Positions 29,353 to 39,351 of a stretch of DNA of 64,000 nt are shown piece after piece. Position 1 is the stretch's first letter; every line of letters starts with the position of its first letter. Source of the stretch: Escherichia phage BF15. The notes beneath the pieces are model-generated. The model worked only from the letters and a program-made list of their open reading frames with translations, did not search any database and was not told where the DNA came from. The position numbers were made by a program, and so were the translations under genes. Location: sequence record MW822007.1; one strand, 5' to 3'.

Positions 29353-29635
29353 TCATATCCTCAATCTGTGATCTAGTAGTCTTCCAAAGAATACTAATGA
29401 GTTCATCGTTATATGGCTGTTTTAGAATATCCCGACTTTTCTTGATAGCATATTCGTATTGAGCAAAATTATTGTTTTCAGCTGCAATCTGAGCATGTTT
29501 ATAAAGACGGTTCAGTTCGCGTTTATTTTTAGACAATAACTTATTTGCTTTTCTTTCTGCTTCAAGACGGTTCTTTTCTTCAATAGAAGAAATAAGCTTT
29601 TCCACTTCATCATTAATTTCGGGTTTATCAGTCAT
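29318..29635 (-). CDS. hypothetical protein
   Basis: 105 aa ORF, predicted helical. Confidence 0.45.
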   Translation of the reverse strand: MTDKPEINDEVEKLISSIEEKNRLEAERKANKLLSKNKRELNRLYKHAQIAAENNNFAQYEYAIKKSRDILKQPYNDELISILWKTTRSQIEDMIDAYTRKIQAS

Positions 29636-29636
29636 A

Positions 29637-29855
29637 TTATTTCTCTAATATAAAATAAAAATCATCATCTGTTAAATGATACCGATAGTTTAATTCTACA
29701 CCATTAGATTTAAAAGCGGTATCATACGGATTTTCTGGATCAATATCAATGTCAAGAGCTAAAACTTCCCTGAGATACATTTTAAGTAAATAGGGAATAG
29801 CTTCAACTTCAGGTATTTCTTCCAAGAATCCGGAGAGGTTAATCGTTAGCCTCAT
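29637..29855 (-). CDS. hypothetical protein
   Basis: 72 aa ORF. Confidence 0.45.
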
Positions 29856-30396
29856 ATAAAAAATCCAAACTAGGAGAATCGTCTACAACACTTTTCTTTT
29901 CAGCCCCTGGTGTTCTATAGGTTGATTCTTCGTAATGCGTCATTTTATCGTAGATGTCTTGAATAAAAGTTTCATCTACTAACGCAACCATATCGTCGTC
30001 ACGGCTGTCATAGACATTGTGAACGAAGTAACTGTATTTCTTTGCAACTTCCTTACGTTCTTTTTTAATACGTTGGACGAATGCATTAAAACAAGCTTGA
30101 GTTATATATGCATGTGGGTTTTTATATTTCGTTTCGTCAAAATTATGAAGCCCCTTAATAGAAGCTTCTATACCATCTGCAATCATTTCTTGTTTCCAAG
30201 ACTGGGTGTATCCTGAAAAGTTGAAACGTTTAGATAAGCCTTCTGCAATAAGCATAATGGCTAATCCGATGGTATCATTCTGACGAACTACTTTATTTGG
30301 GTCTTTATTATTTGCTAATTCTGTTTTCCAATCAATAATAGCTTGTAAAAGCTCTTTATTGTTTACGTAATTATATTTAGGCTTAGTTTCTGACAT
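29839..30396 (-). CDS. 55: late-transcription sigma factor gp55
   Basis: matches T4 gp55; start moved to ATG 30396 ([10 protein letters not shown]...) with GAGGTG SD, 185 aa. Confidence 0.9.
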
Positions 30397-30474
30397 TTTC
30401 ACCTCTTAGCTCAATTCATAGATCTATTATATCATAATATTTGAAGATCTATCTTAAAGCATAGAGGATATCAG

Positions 30475-30744
30475 TTATCTAAGTAAACAGTATGCTTGGA
30501 ACACTTTCTCCATCATCTTTTTAAATTCATGAATATCTATGTAATGACTAGTTAAATCAGCATGATATAAAAAGTCTAAAAACTTTTCATGTGTGCTAAC
30601 ATATTCGCTTTCATTTAATTCAGAAACATGGCTTTCCCAATATCCAACACCAGTCTTATTTGGGAAAAATGAAATTTTCATATCTTGGTCAACATAGAAA
30701 ATTCCATAATTTTCAATAGTAATAGAAATATTAATAAATTTCAT
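30475..30744 (-). CDS. hypothetical protein (55.x)
   Basis: 89 aa ORF. Confidence 0.4.
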   Translation of the reverse strand: MKFINISITIENYGIFYVDQDMKISFFPNKTGVGYWESHVSELNESEYVSTHEKFLDFLYHADLTSHYIDIHEFKKMMEKVFQAYCLLR

Positions 30745-30956
30745 ACATTCATCAACTTAGCCGCTTCAAGAGCTGCATCTAGTGAATCAAATTGATCGAC
30801 ATATTCAATTAATTCGCCATAATTAGCATATAACCACCATTGGCTAAATTCATACTCAAGGATGAATCCGTTTCCTTCAATTTGAGTTAAACCAATGCCA
30901 TTTGTATTTACTTCATATCCGGCAAGACGTAAATCGTTAATAAGAGCTTCATTCAT
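30741..30956 (-). CDS. hypothetical protein (55.x)
   Basis: 71 aa ORF. Confidence 0.4.
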   Translation of the reverse strand: MNEALINDLRLAGYEVNTNGIGLTQIEGNGFILEYEFSQWWLYANYGELIEYVDQFDSLDAALEAAKLMNV

Positions 30957-30958
30957 AA

Positions 30959-31285
30959 TTATGCCTTAGTAATTTTCAGGTCAGCAAATTTTTTCTTGCG
31001 CTGATTTTTCATACGACGAATAGTTTTATCAGAAATTTCATGCTTTTGATAAGCTTTAGATTCTACGCCAAAAGCTTTAACATCAAATTCTGACAAGATA
31101 TATTGAACTAACAATTCACGGACAGTATTGCGTCCAATTTTCTGATCATTCTGTTTCATCGTCTGATGAAGCTCTTTTTCCCATTTATCCAAAATTTGAG
31201 GAGTTACAATATCGCCTTTTTCTAGCAGAGAAACTACTTTATCATATGCGTAAGAATTGATGGCGTTTTTAATTTGAATAGTCAT
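30959..31285 (-). CDS. hypothetical protein (55.x)
   Basis: 108 aa ORF. Confidence 0.45.
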   Translation of the reverse strand: MTIQIKNAINSYAYDKVVSLLEKGDIVTPQILDKWEKELHQTMKQNDQKIGRNTVRELLVQYILSEFDVKAFGVESKAYQKHEISDKTIRRMKNQRKKKFADLKITKA

Positions 31286-31320
31286 ACATTATCCTCAATT
31301 GCGTTAAAATTTTATTATCC

Positions 31321-31337
31321 AAAAAGGGCCGAAGCCC
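31321..31337 (-). terminator. stem-loop/terminator
   Basis: GGGC-UUCG-GCCC hairpin plus U run. Confidence 0.5.
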
Positions 31338-31538
31338 TTAGCTAAACTTTTTGGCACCCTTCCAGCCTTCGTACATCATTGCGGCTGATATTAATATTGC
31401 TCCTGAGCAACTTGAATATTTGTGATTCCAAAACCAGTTTAGAAAAACTTCGTCATCAATACCTTGTGCTATCATATTTTCAAAGAACTGACGACGAGCT
31501 TCAGCAATTCGTTGCGATAATTTAGATTCAGGATTCAT
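31338..31538 (-). CDS. hypothetical protein
   Basis: 66 aa ORF; ATG at 31538. Confidence 0.4.
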   Translation of the reverse strand: MNPESKLSQRIAEARRQFFENMIAQGIDDEVFLNWFWNHKYSSCSGAILISAAMMYEGWKGAKKFS

Positions 31539-31670
31539 TTAAATTTTCCAATTACCGTTTTCATCAATGAATTTAATCCAGTCATTTACTGACCACTTGG
31601 TCGTATCGCCTTTTGGAGCAACATTTAAAGTGTATAGCCCTTGCTTAAAAAGCATTCGTTTGATATTCAT
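31539..31670 (-). CDS. hypothetical small protein
   Basis: track ORF trimmed to internal ATG 31670 with GAGGA SD, 43 aa. Confidence 0.35.
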   Translation of the reverse strand: MNIKRMLFKQGLYTLNVAPKGDTTKWSVNDWIKFIDENGNWKI

Positions 31671-31677
31671 ATTTTCC

Positions 31678-31971
31678 TCAGCTATAACGATAACACTCGT
31701 TTGATTTACGTTTAGCAACTCGTTGAGAAGTATTATAATCAAAATCATCGTCAATGTAAACTGATTTTTTCAACTTTCTTACTTCACCACGTAATTGGCG
31801 ATTTAGCTCATCTTTAACTTCTGAATCAATACCTTTCATTCTACGCCATTTATCTGAGCGAAAAATGTTTTCAACCATATCTTTATGACTTACCCCATCA
31901 GGAGCTTTACGCTTTCCGAAATAGTCATAATCACGAACTTTCAAGTCTTTACGACGATACGTTTTACCCAT
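31678..31971 (-). CDS. hypothetical basic protein
   Basis: track ORF trimmed to ATG 31971 (MGKTYRRKD...); Arg/Lys-rich. Confidence 0.4.
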   Translation of the reverse strand: MGKTYRRKDLKVRDYDYFGKRKAPDGVSHKDMVENIFRSDKWRRMKGIDSEVKDELNRQLRGEVRKLKKSVYIDDDFDYNTSQRVAKRKSNECYRYS

Positions 31972-32170
31972 GGAGTTTAATTTCCTTAGCAACTGAACTA
32001 AATACAGCACGATCACAAATCATACGTTTGTTCCATTTAATCACAGTATAATGAACATCTAAATCATCGACTGCTGTAACAATAACGATATGTCCGTTAA
32101 CACGATAATACTGATCAATTTTAATCTCTTTATCAACCATATCAATTCCTCAAAGGTAATTCATATGTTA

Positions 32171-32200
32171 ATAATACCACAGTTTGAACTTGTTGTAAAC
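32171..32200 (-). promoter_or_regulatory. T4-type early promoter
   Basis: minus strand GTTTAC-N18-TATTAT; next to terminator 32274-32293. Confidence 0.5.
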
Positions 32201-32273
32201 AACTTTATGAAAATTATTTTAGGGAATGATAAGAAGTGAATGATAGTTAGAATGGTAATATACAGAATGTGAG

Positions 32274-32293
32274 AAAGAAAGGCCCAGAGGGCC
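32274..32293 (-). terminator. intrinsic terminator after nrdH
   Basis: GGCCC-UCUG-GGCC hairpin plus U run. Confidence 0.55.
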
Positions 32294-32297
32294 TGTC

Positions 32298-32606
32298 TTA
32301 GTCTTCTATGATATCTCTATCATATCCAAGTGAAATGAGAGTTTCTTTGAAGTGTTTAATGTTCTTTTGTCTAGAATCATTAATGAAAATGACTGGATAA
32401 CGAATGTTAAGAGATGTGAATCCAGCGCGTTTAGCAAGAGATACAATCAGTGGACGATCATACTCAATCTTACCATTATTTGTAAGAACTTTATAGAAAG
32501 TAAAAGGAGCATTGAGCTCCTTTAGAAGTTTTGTAACTGATTGACATCCAGGACAACGACCTACTTCATCTGGAATTCCATAGACTTCAATCTTGTTTTG
32601 TTTCAC
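32298..32606 (-). CDS. nrdH: glutaredoxin-like protein NrdH
   Basis: 102 aa; CPGC redox motif; adjacent to nrdG/nrdD. Confidence 0.65.
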   Translation of the reverse strand: MKQNKIEVYGIPDEVGRCPGCQSVTKLLKELNAPFTFYKVLTNNGKIEYDRPLIVSLAKRAGFTSLNIRYPVIFINDSRQKNIKHFKETLISLGYDRDIIED

Positions 32607-32608
32607 AA

Positions 32609-32821
32609 CTATTCCTTACTAAGAGCAGCATTCAGCTTGTTAGTAATTTTATCCAGACGCTCATTGAACTCACTAGAAGATAAGCCCTTTTCTGGAGAAA
32701 TCAAACTAATCACGAAAAATATAGCAATAAAAGGAATAAGGAAAATAGCTCCAACTGCCATAAACAGAAAGAATGTTACAGTTGTAAGAAAATCAGCTAA
32801 ACCTTTACGAAATTTATACAT
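32609..32821 (-). CDS. hypothetical membrane protein
   Basis: 70 aa with one TM segment. Confidence 0.4.
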   Translation of the reverse strand: MYKFRKGLADFLTTVTFFLFMAVGAIFLIPFIAIFFVISLISPEKGLSSSEFNERLDKITNKLNAALSKE

Positions 32822-32945
32822 TTACATTTACCTTTACCTTTAATTGATTAACCAAGCATTGATAAGCACTAAACTATACTGCGAATAAAATTCTGGACCA
32901 AAATGAAAAATCATATCATTTATAGTATCCATAATATAATTCAAT

Positions 32946-33416
32946 TTAATCATGTTTCCACACCCCATCGATATTTGACCAAAGTCGCTGATTATCTGAT
33001 CCTCGCCACAGCTTTTTAGTCGGAAGATTTTTCTCATACTTCCCATCAATAATAACATCAACATATTTAAGCATTTCTAGTTGTTTAATATCTTCAAACT
33101 TATATCCTGTCCACAACCAAATGCTTTTATTGGGATAAAGATTTTTTACTGTTTGAACAATGCAATGAATCACGTCTCTGTTATCAGGATAAAGAGGGTC
33201 ACCTCCGGTTATAGTTAATCCTTCTATATAATCATTATTCAAACATTCAATCAATTGTTCTAGTGTTTCACCAGTGAATGGAATACCATTTCTAGCATTC
33301 CATGTTGATTTATTATAACACCCTTCGCATTTATGCAAACAACCTGTAACGAAAAGAACGGTCCTGCATCCAGGACCATTCACAAAGCAGCACGGGTATA
33401 TTCTGTCATAATTCAT
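32946..33416 (-). CDS. nrdG: anaerobic RNR activating protein NrdG (radical SAM)
   Basis: 156 aa; Cys cluster CLHKCEGC. Confidence 0.9.
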   Translation of the reverse strand: MNYDRIYPCCFVNGPGCRTVLFVTGCLHKCEGCYNKSTWNARNGIPFTGETLEQLIECLNNDYIEGLTITGGDPLYPDNRDVIHCIVQTVKNLYPNKSIWLWTGYKFEDIKQLEMLKYVDVIIDGKYEKNLPTKKLWRGSDNQRLWSNIDGVWKHD

Positions 33417-34092
33417 TTATATATTTCCAATTATAGCCTTCAACACTTTTACGTTCGCCATTTAAACATTTTAAAATATTTCCTTTGCTAGAAATATTAA
33501 AATATTTTGCTGCGTCTGGTATATAATTAAATGTTTTTAAAAGAACACCATCTTTATATGCGCCAAATAAATTAAGAGTATATTTTTCTCGAAGACGTTG
33601 ATGTTTCCTTTTCATAACCTCAGGATTTGCATACGCCAACCTCAATGAATTTCTATGTTTTTCTTTTACTTCAGGTTTTTGCATTGCTAACTTAGTTAGC
33701 CTGGAAATTTTATTTCTAACTTCGTCAGTTTTCATTGCATTTGACAAATTTAATAAAGTTTTATTTCTAACTTCAGGTTTTTGCATTGCTAACTTAGTTA
33801 GTTCTCTATGTCTTTTTCTAAAATCGTCATCCTTCCATATATTTTTCGATAATTTTGACATAGAGCGGTGAAATAATTCCTTTTCACTGGAATACAATTT
33901 AAGAATTTCATCCAATTCATCTGTATTAAATCTATCGGTATTCGAGTTTATCATTCTATGAAAGGCATAACACATTTTACTATTACTTGTTTTAGCTAAA
34001 TAGTAATGAGCTAACGCGTGGTCATAATATGACAAATTAACAATATTCCATTTATCTGTTTTATATTCAGGAAATATAGATTTGGGAAGCAC
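33406..34092 (-). CDS. Mob-like homing endonuclease remnant (NUMOD3 repeats, NUMOD1-like HTH)
   Basis: 228 aa; repeated LTKLAMQKPEV motifs; C-terminal HTH; catalytic motif not evident. Confidence 0.5.
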   Translation of the reverse strand: MLPKSIFPEYKTDKWNIVNLSYYDHALAHYYLAKTSNSKMCYAFHRMINSNTDRFNTDELDEILKLYSSEKELFHRSMSKLSKNIWKDDDFRKRHRELTKLAMQKPEVRNKTLLNLSNAMKTDEVRNKISRLTKLAMQKPEVKEKHRNSLRLAYANPEVMKRKHQRLREKYTLNLFGAYKDGVLLKTFNYIPDAAKYFNISSKGNILKCLNGERKSVEGYNWKYINEL

Positions 34093-34242
34093 GTGATGTG
34101 CTTCCGTTTTTCCTTTTATTTTAGGATTATTATAATTTTTTTGTTATCAAATCAACATATGACAATAGTAAATCATTATTTTCTTCAAATATTAAAGATA
34201 ATTTATCATTAACAAAATCGCAAGGATAAAATCTATCATAAT

Positions 34243-36060
34243 TCATTGGTGTTTAACCCTATGCATGATTTCTTTATTTTTACCGAGATTAAATCCGCGT
34301 TCGTTCGGATTTCCCAAATAACCACATGTTCTTCTTATGGTATTCATCTTTTTAGGATCAGTTTCTCCACAAATAGAACAAACAAATCCGTTTTCAGTAG
34401 GAGTCATTTCATGGGTACTTCCGCATGTAAAACATTTATCTACTGGCATATTAACACCAAAATAATCTAAATGTTGTGCAGCATAATCCCACACGGCCTC
34501 AAGACCTTTCAAGTTATTTTTCATATCAGGAAGTTCAACATAAGAAATGTGACCACCTGTCGCAATGAAATGATACGGCGCTTCACGAGAAATCTTTTCA
34601 AACGGAGTAATATTTTCTTCTACTGAAACATGGAAACTGTTAGTGTACCAACCTTTATCGGTAACATCTTTTACGCTTCCATATTTTTCCGTATCGAGTT
34701 TACAGAAGCGATAACAAAGGTTTTCAGCAGGAGTCGAATATAAACTAAAAGCAAATCCAGTTCTTTCAGTCCACTGTTTAAGATGAGCATTCATTTTAGT
34801 TAAAATTTCCTGTCCAATATCACGACCGACAAGAATATTCAATTCGTGAATACCAATGTATCCTAAAGACACTGAACTTCTACCGTTTTTAAATAACTCA
34901 ATTATGTCGTCATCAGGTTTAAGACGAACCCCGAATGCACCTTCTTGGTAAAGAATAGGAGCAACAGTCGCTTTAACTCCTTTTAAGGAACTAATTCTAC
35001 ACATCAAAGCTTCAAAACATAAATCCATTCGTTCATTAAATAGCTCAACAAATTTCTGTTCATTGAACTGTGTTCCAATATAAGAATCTAACGCGATGCG
35101 AGGAAGATTCAGTGTTACAACACCAAGATTATTACGTCCATCAAGAATTTCATTACCAGTCGAATCTTTCCATACGCTCAAGAAACTGCGGCAACCCATT
35201 GGAGAAACAGGAACAGATGAACCAGTGATAGCTTTATTGTTCTTAGCCGAAATGATGTCAGGATACATCCTTTTGCTTGCACACTCTAGAGCAAGCTGCT
35301 TAATATCATAGTTCGGATCGTCTTTATAAAGATTAACACCCTCTTCAACGAACATAACAAGCTTAGGGAAAATAGGAGTTATTCCATCACGACCAAGACC
35401 TTTAATACGATTTTTCAGAATTGCTTTCTGAATCATTCGTTCAGTCCAGTCAGTTCCCGTACCAAATGTAATTGTTACAAAAGGTGTTTGCCCGTTTGAA
35501 CTAAAGAGAGTATTTACTTCATATTCATAAGCTTGGAATGCATCGTATACGTCTTTTTCTGTTTTAGATTGAGCATAATTCAACGCATCAGCGATTTGCC
35601 ATTTTTCTGCATCCTCAATATGTTTTGCATAGGTGCGTTTAACATAAGGAGAAAGTACTTTATCTACATTCGCAAAAGTCGTTCCGCCGTATTGGTGAGA
35701 AGCAACCTGTGCAGTAATTTGTGCCATAATTGCAGTAGCAACGCCAATTGATTTAGGAGTTTCAATCTGCGCATTACCGAGCTTAAATCCGTTCTCAAGC
35801 ATTCCTTTTAAATCTACTAAACAGCAATTAGTAAATGGAAGAGCAGGGGAATAATCAATATCATGGAAATGAATAATTCCGCTTTCATGCGCTTTCATAA
35901 TAAAAGACGGGACCATATTTTTGGCAATGTGTTTAGACACAATACCAGCCATAAGGTCCCGTTGAGTTGGAAAAACACGAGAATCTTTATTAGCATTCTC
36001 GTTTAAAAGGTCTTTATCAGTTTTATGAATCAATCCTTCAATTTCTTTTTCAATTGTCAT
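34243..36060 (-). CDS. nrdD: anaerobic ribonucleoside-triphosphate reductase NrdD
   Basis: 605 aa contiguous ORF; C-terminal glycyl radical motif RTCGYLG; no intron. Confidence 0.95.
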   Translation of the reverse strand: MTIEKEIEGLIHKTDKDLLNENANKDSRVFPTQRDLMAGIVSKHIAKNMVPSFIMKAHESGIIHFHDIDYSPALPFTNCCLVDLKGMLENGFKLGNAQIETPKSIGVATAIMAQITAQVASHQYGGTTFANVDKVLSPYVKRTYAKHIEDAEKWQIADALNYAQSKTEKDVYDAFQAYEYEVNTLFSSNGQTPFVTITFGTGTDWTERMIQKAILKNRIKGLGRDGITPIFPKLVMFVEEGVNLYKDDPNYDIKQLALECASKRMYPDIISAKNNKAITGSSVPVSPMGCRSFLSVWKDSTGNEILDGRNNLGVVTLNLPRIALDSYIGTQFNEQKFVELFNERMDLCFEALMCRISSLKGVKATVAPILYQEGAFGVRLKPDDDIIELFKNGRSSVSLGYIGIHELNILVGRDIGQEILTKMNAHLKQWTERTGFAFSLYSTPAENLCYRFCKLDTEKYGSVKDVTDKGWYTNSFHVSVEENITPFEKISREAPYHFIATGGHISYVELPDMKNNLKGLEAVWDYAAQHLDYFGVNMPVDKCFTCGSTHEMTPTENGFVCSICGETDPKKMNTIRRTCGYLGNPNERGFNLGKNKEIMHRVKHQ

Positions 36061-36530
36061 TTTAAACTCTTTCTAAGCTGCTTCTTAAATGAAGCTATTA
36101 ATTGTGTTTTGGTGTCAGATTCATTATATTCAAATCCTCTTTGAAGCATCTCAGCCATCATTTCCTCTTTTCCTAAACGAGAAAATTCCTTTGATTTATC
36201 TCCAACGAAGTTAGGGTGAATATTATTTTGGGTGTAATCGGATTTTAAATAAGTAAGTAAATTTTCTAACCATTCAAGATAATCAACACCTTGTCCCTTT
36301 AAGCCAGAACGATTAAATTTGTGCTTCATTTGACCTTCTGCGGCATTGCATAGATTACAAAGCAATCCACGTACCTTTCCTGCTTTTGGTCCATTTAATT
36401 CATGATCATGGTCGAGGTGATTAGCTTGAACATCAGGATTTAGTTCTCGTTGGCAAATTAAGCATTTACCGTTTTGTGCATCATAAAATTTTTGTTTTTC
36501 TTCTTTATATAATTTGCCAGTCAATAACAT
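36057..36530 (-). CDS. 49: endonuclease VII (gp49)
   Basis: 157 aa; matches T4 Endo VII as recalled. Confidence 0.9.
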   Translation of the reverse strand: MLLTGKLYKEEKQKFYDAQNGKCLICQRELNPDVQANHLDHDHELNGPKAGKVRGLLCNLCNAAEGQMKHKFNRSGLKGQGVDYLEWLENLLTYLKSDYTQNNIHPNFVGDKSKEFSRLGKEEMMAEMLQRGFEYNESDTKTQLIASFKKQLRKSLK

Positions 36531-36571
36531 AATAAACCCTTACCTTAAATAGATAAGGGTATTTATTATTT

Positions 36572-37057
36572 TCAAGTATTGTAAAACATTTGATGCAATC
36601 GCTTATATTGCCGAATCATTTGGTCAGAAAAAGAAATTTGAGTTTCAAGCCATTCAATGTATTCTGCGGCAGCTTGCATCAGGTTACCTTCATAGCCATC
36701 GTTATTTTCTTGCGCAGCTAATTTAGCTAATGCGTATGAAATACGTTCACCTTGAAAATCGGCTTTAGGCTTCTGAACAACTTGATTAGTTCGCTCTACA
36801 ACTTCTTCAATTTCGCCATTTTCGACTGATTCAGTATTCCACAAACACCAATACGTAATTGGCTTATCGTAGATGTTAATAATCTTTCCGTCGGAAAGTT
36901 CAATTTCAATAATTCCAGTATCAGGCTCTATATCATCTTCACATTCTTTTGCAAGTTCACGAACTTTAAAGACAGTACCTGCACTAAGTTCCGGCCAGTA
37001 ATTACATAGCCCTGTATCAGCACGATTAATTCTAAACCACTTATCTACTGTAATCAT
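36572..37057 (-). CDS. pin: Pin-like protein (inhibitor of host Lon protease)
   Basis: 161 aa; size and position as T4 pin. Confidence 0.5.
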   Translation of the reverse strand: MITVDKWFRINRADTGLCNYWPELSAGTVFKVRELAKECEDDIEPDTGIIEIELSDGKIINIYDKPITYWCLWNTESVENGEIEEVVERTNQVVQKPKADFQGERISYALAKLAAQENNDGYEGNLMQAAAEYIEWLETQISFSDQMIRQYKRLHQMFYNT

Positions 37058-37179
37058 GTCCCATCTCCATATTAATTAAGTCATTTATCGTTGGTTCATT
37101 ATATACTGTTTCTTCATCAGTGTAAACCGGTTCTTCCGGCTCTGGCTCTACAGTTTCCCATCTAGCCGCCCACCAGGGT

Positions 37180-37374
37180 TTAACCCCGAAGCTTATTAAG
37201 TTCTTCATAATCAATCCAGGATTCTAATCCTGATGGCAAATCAGATTCAATTTCCCAAAGAAGTTCTTCAATTTTATGAAGACGATCTAATTCTTCAACA
37301 GGAATAGTAACCATTGATGGAGCTCTTGCTGCACTAATATCGTATATCATATTTACCCCAGTTTGACCATGCAA
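37180..37374 (-). CDS. hypothetical protein
   Basis: 64 aa ORF. Confidence 0.35.
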   Translation of the reverse strand: MHGQTGVNMIYDISAARAPSMVTIPVEELDRLHKIEELLWEIESDLPSGLESWIDYEELNKLRG

Positions 37375-37568
37375 TCACCGTATTTCCACTTAGAAATAGA
37401 CTTTTCACCATTAGAATAATAAACTTCGAGTTTAGCACGATTATTTTTAATTTGAATAACCTTGGCTGTCATCAAAGTTCCATACCCATAGTAAACTGCA
37501 ACTTCATCACCTACATATATCGCGCTTCCACGATAATCATGGATATAATCAGTTCCTTCGAGCATCAT
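37353..37568 (-). CDS. hypothetical protein
   Basis: 71 aa ORF. Confidence 0.4.
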   Translation of the reverse strand: MMLEGTDYIHDYRGSAIYVGDEVAVYYGYGTLMTAKVIQIKNNRAKLEVYYSNGEKSISKWKYGDCMVKLG

Positions 37569-37828
37569 TTAAAGTATTCCCGCAATTGGTCAAAGCCGCC
37601 AATATGACTTCCATCAGGAGCAAATACCTGAGGCATTGTCAAGCCGATTTGAGTATCACGACCTAGTTTAGTCAGAAGCTCAGCAATTTTCTCATCATCA
37701 AAAACACCTTTTTCCGGCATAATGTTGATAAATTCAAACGGCTGTTTCTTCACGGTCAAAAGACGTTTTGCATTATCACAATACACGCATTTATGAATGT
37801 TGCTATCATAACCATATACTTTAAACAT
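37565..37828 (-). CDS. nrdC: thioredoxin/glutaredoxin NrdC
   Basis: 87 aa; CVYC active site; matches T4 NrdC. Confidence 0.85.
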   Translation of the reverse strand: MFKVYGYDSNIHKCVYCDNAKRLLTVKKQPFEFINIMPEKGVFDDEKIAELLTKLGRDTQIGLTMPQVFAPDGSHIGGFDQLREYFK

Positions 37829-37829
37829 A

Positions 37830-38072
37830 TTATTCCTTAATTCCTAGTACTTGTTTAAAAGTCTCGTCGTAATCAAGACTTTGGCCCGTTTGTTCTTTAT
37901 GTTTGTATATAATATCACTTACTTCTGATAGCATATTTTTATATGAACGAGTTAAAGCAGATTTAAGCACGCTGTATCTATCAGGAAATTTACCGTGTTC
38001 ATTATAATAAGCTATTGCTAATTCACGGACTGTCTTTTCAGCAGCCTCCATATATTCTTTACGCTTGGTCAT
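37830..38072 (-). CDS. hypothetical protein
   Basis: track ORF trimmed to internal ATG ([13 protein letters not shown]...), about 80 aa. Confidence 0.4.
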   Translation of the reverse strand: MTKRKEYMEAAEKTVRELAIAYYNEHGKFPDRYSVLKSALTRSYKNMLSEVSDIIYKHKEQTGQSLDYDETFKQVLGIKE

Positions 38073-38376
38073 TTTCTTCTCGGTCAAATCGGTGTTTACA
38101 ATGGCGACATTTATAACGAAGATTACTAGTCTGCCAATGGACCAATTGCACCTGTTCAGTTCCACATTCAGGGCAATTAGGAACGTTTTTAGAAGCGCGT
38201 TCGCGGCGTTCAACCATAACCATAATGGCATCCCAAGCAGGAGGTTTAAAGTCTAAATCGTCACAACCATGAATCTTTCCACGCATTTCCAAATCGTCTT
38301 CTTCACCAGCCATAATAATTTTAATTAGACTAGAATTACTTGAAGCTGCAATGTCTTCTAATAGACGCTTTTTCAT
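38059..38376 (-). CDS. hypothetical zinc-ribbon protein
   Basis: 105 aa; CPEC...CRHC pairs. Confidence 0.45.
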   Translation of the reverse strand: MKKRLLEDIAASSNSSLIKIIMAGEEDDLEMRGKIHGCDDLDFKPPAWDAIMVMVERRERASKNVPNCPECGTEQVQLVHWQTSNLRYKCRHCKHRFDREENDQA

Positions 38377-39299
38377 TTCAATACCTCAATAGCATTACGT
38401 AAACCATTTGCTTTTGCATTAAGAGCTTTTAACAATTTGGTGTGTTCTGCAATTTGGGCTTCAACTTCAATCAAACGAGCATTGAGATATTCGCGTTCTT
38501 CTTTCATAGTATCATTCCCATGATTGGATTTTGGCGTAGGTTTAAATTCACTAGGGTCCTTTAATTTAATAACAAATTTAGTTTCAAACAGTGAAAGACC
38601 ATAATTCTTATTATCATCAAAGGATTTGACTACATCCATATCAGATAATAACACGCGCAAATTATAAGCCAAAGAACTAATAGTTTCATTGTGTTTATTA
38701 GCTTCGCGTGGTTTCATATACGGAAGATTTTTATATATTTCATGCGGAGCACAAATGATAATTGACAATTCAAATTGTCCATTCTGGGACGATGGAGTGA
38801 ATTTAGCCGTAACCCAGTCTTTTACATTCACATTAATAGTACGGTTATCACCATGACAAAACAGTCTACGAGAATGCTTAAAAAGCATATTCACGTTATT
38901 ATTGAATTCGTGTGAAAATTCACTAGCAAATTTTTCTTTACTATCTTTAGAAAACCATTCTTCTAAATAAGTTCTTTTCACGTCGTTAATAATATTAAAT
39001 GTAACAACATTAGCATTTGATACATTAGTCTCAATGTAGCTTGGATACATAAATTTTTTAACATTATTAACAGCTATCACAGAAGATAGTAATCGGGAAC
39101 GTTTGAACCACTCGAGCAAAGAACCAAGAGAATGTGAATACGCATTTTGTGTATCTTTACAAATATGGTTTTCCCATCCAATATAGTCTAAAAAATCACG
39201 AAGAATATTATTGATTACTGCTCTGTGTCCTATCTGATAATTACGATGTTTAGTAATAAGACTGTCAAAATAATCAATATAATGTTTACGTGTTTTCAT
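38373..39299 (-). CDS. hypothetical protein, paralog family member A (C-terminal coiled coil)
   Basis: 308 aa; starts MKTR like member C; heptad-like C-terminus. Confidence 0.5.
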   Translation of the reverse strand: MKTRKHYIDYFDSLITKHRNYQIGHRAVINNILRDFLDYIGWENHICKDTQNAYSHSLGSLLEWFKRSRLLSSVIAVNNVKKFMYPSYIETNVSNANVVTFNIINDVKRTYLEEWFSKDSKEKFASEFSHEFNNNVNMLFKHSRRLFCHGDNRTINVNVKDWVTAKFTPSSQNGQFELSIIICAPHEIYKNLPYMKPREANKHNETISSLAYNLRVLLSDMDVVKSFDDNKNYGLSLFETKFVIKLKDPSEFKPTPKSNHGNDTMKEEREYLNARLIEVEAQIAEHTKLLKALNAKANGLRNAIEVLK

Positions 39300-39351
39300 G
39301 TTCTTCTCACTTGGTTAATGATTTATACTCCGAGCCATCCTTGGCTTTAAA

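Noticed and set aside
31964-32140. Apparent small ORF upstream of 31678-31971
   Set aside because: Careful codon-by-codon translation hits a stop after 14 codons (MVDKEIKIDQYYRG); the longer reading was a frame error
32840-33064. 74 aa ORF overlapping the nrdG 3' end, and the short tandem repeat CATTTACATTTACCTTTACCTTTA at 32822-32845
   Set aside because: The ORF overlaps nrdG out of frame; the repeat is a short AT-rich slippage-type motif with no array structure
34243-36060. Group I intron in nrdD
   Set aside because: nrdD is one uninterrupted 605 aa ORF through the glycyl radical motif, so no intron is present here
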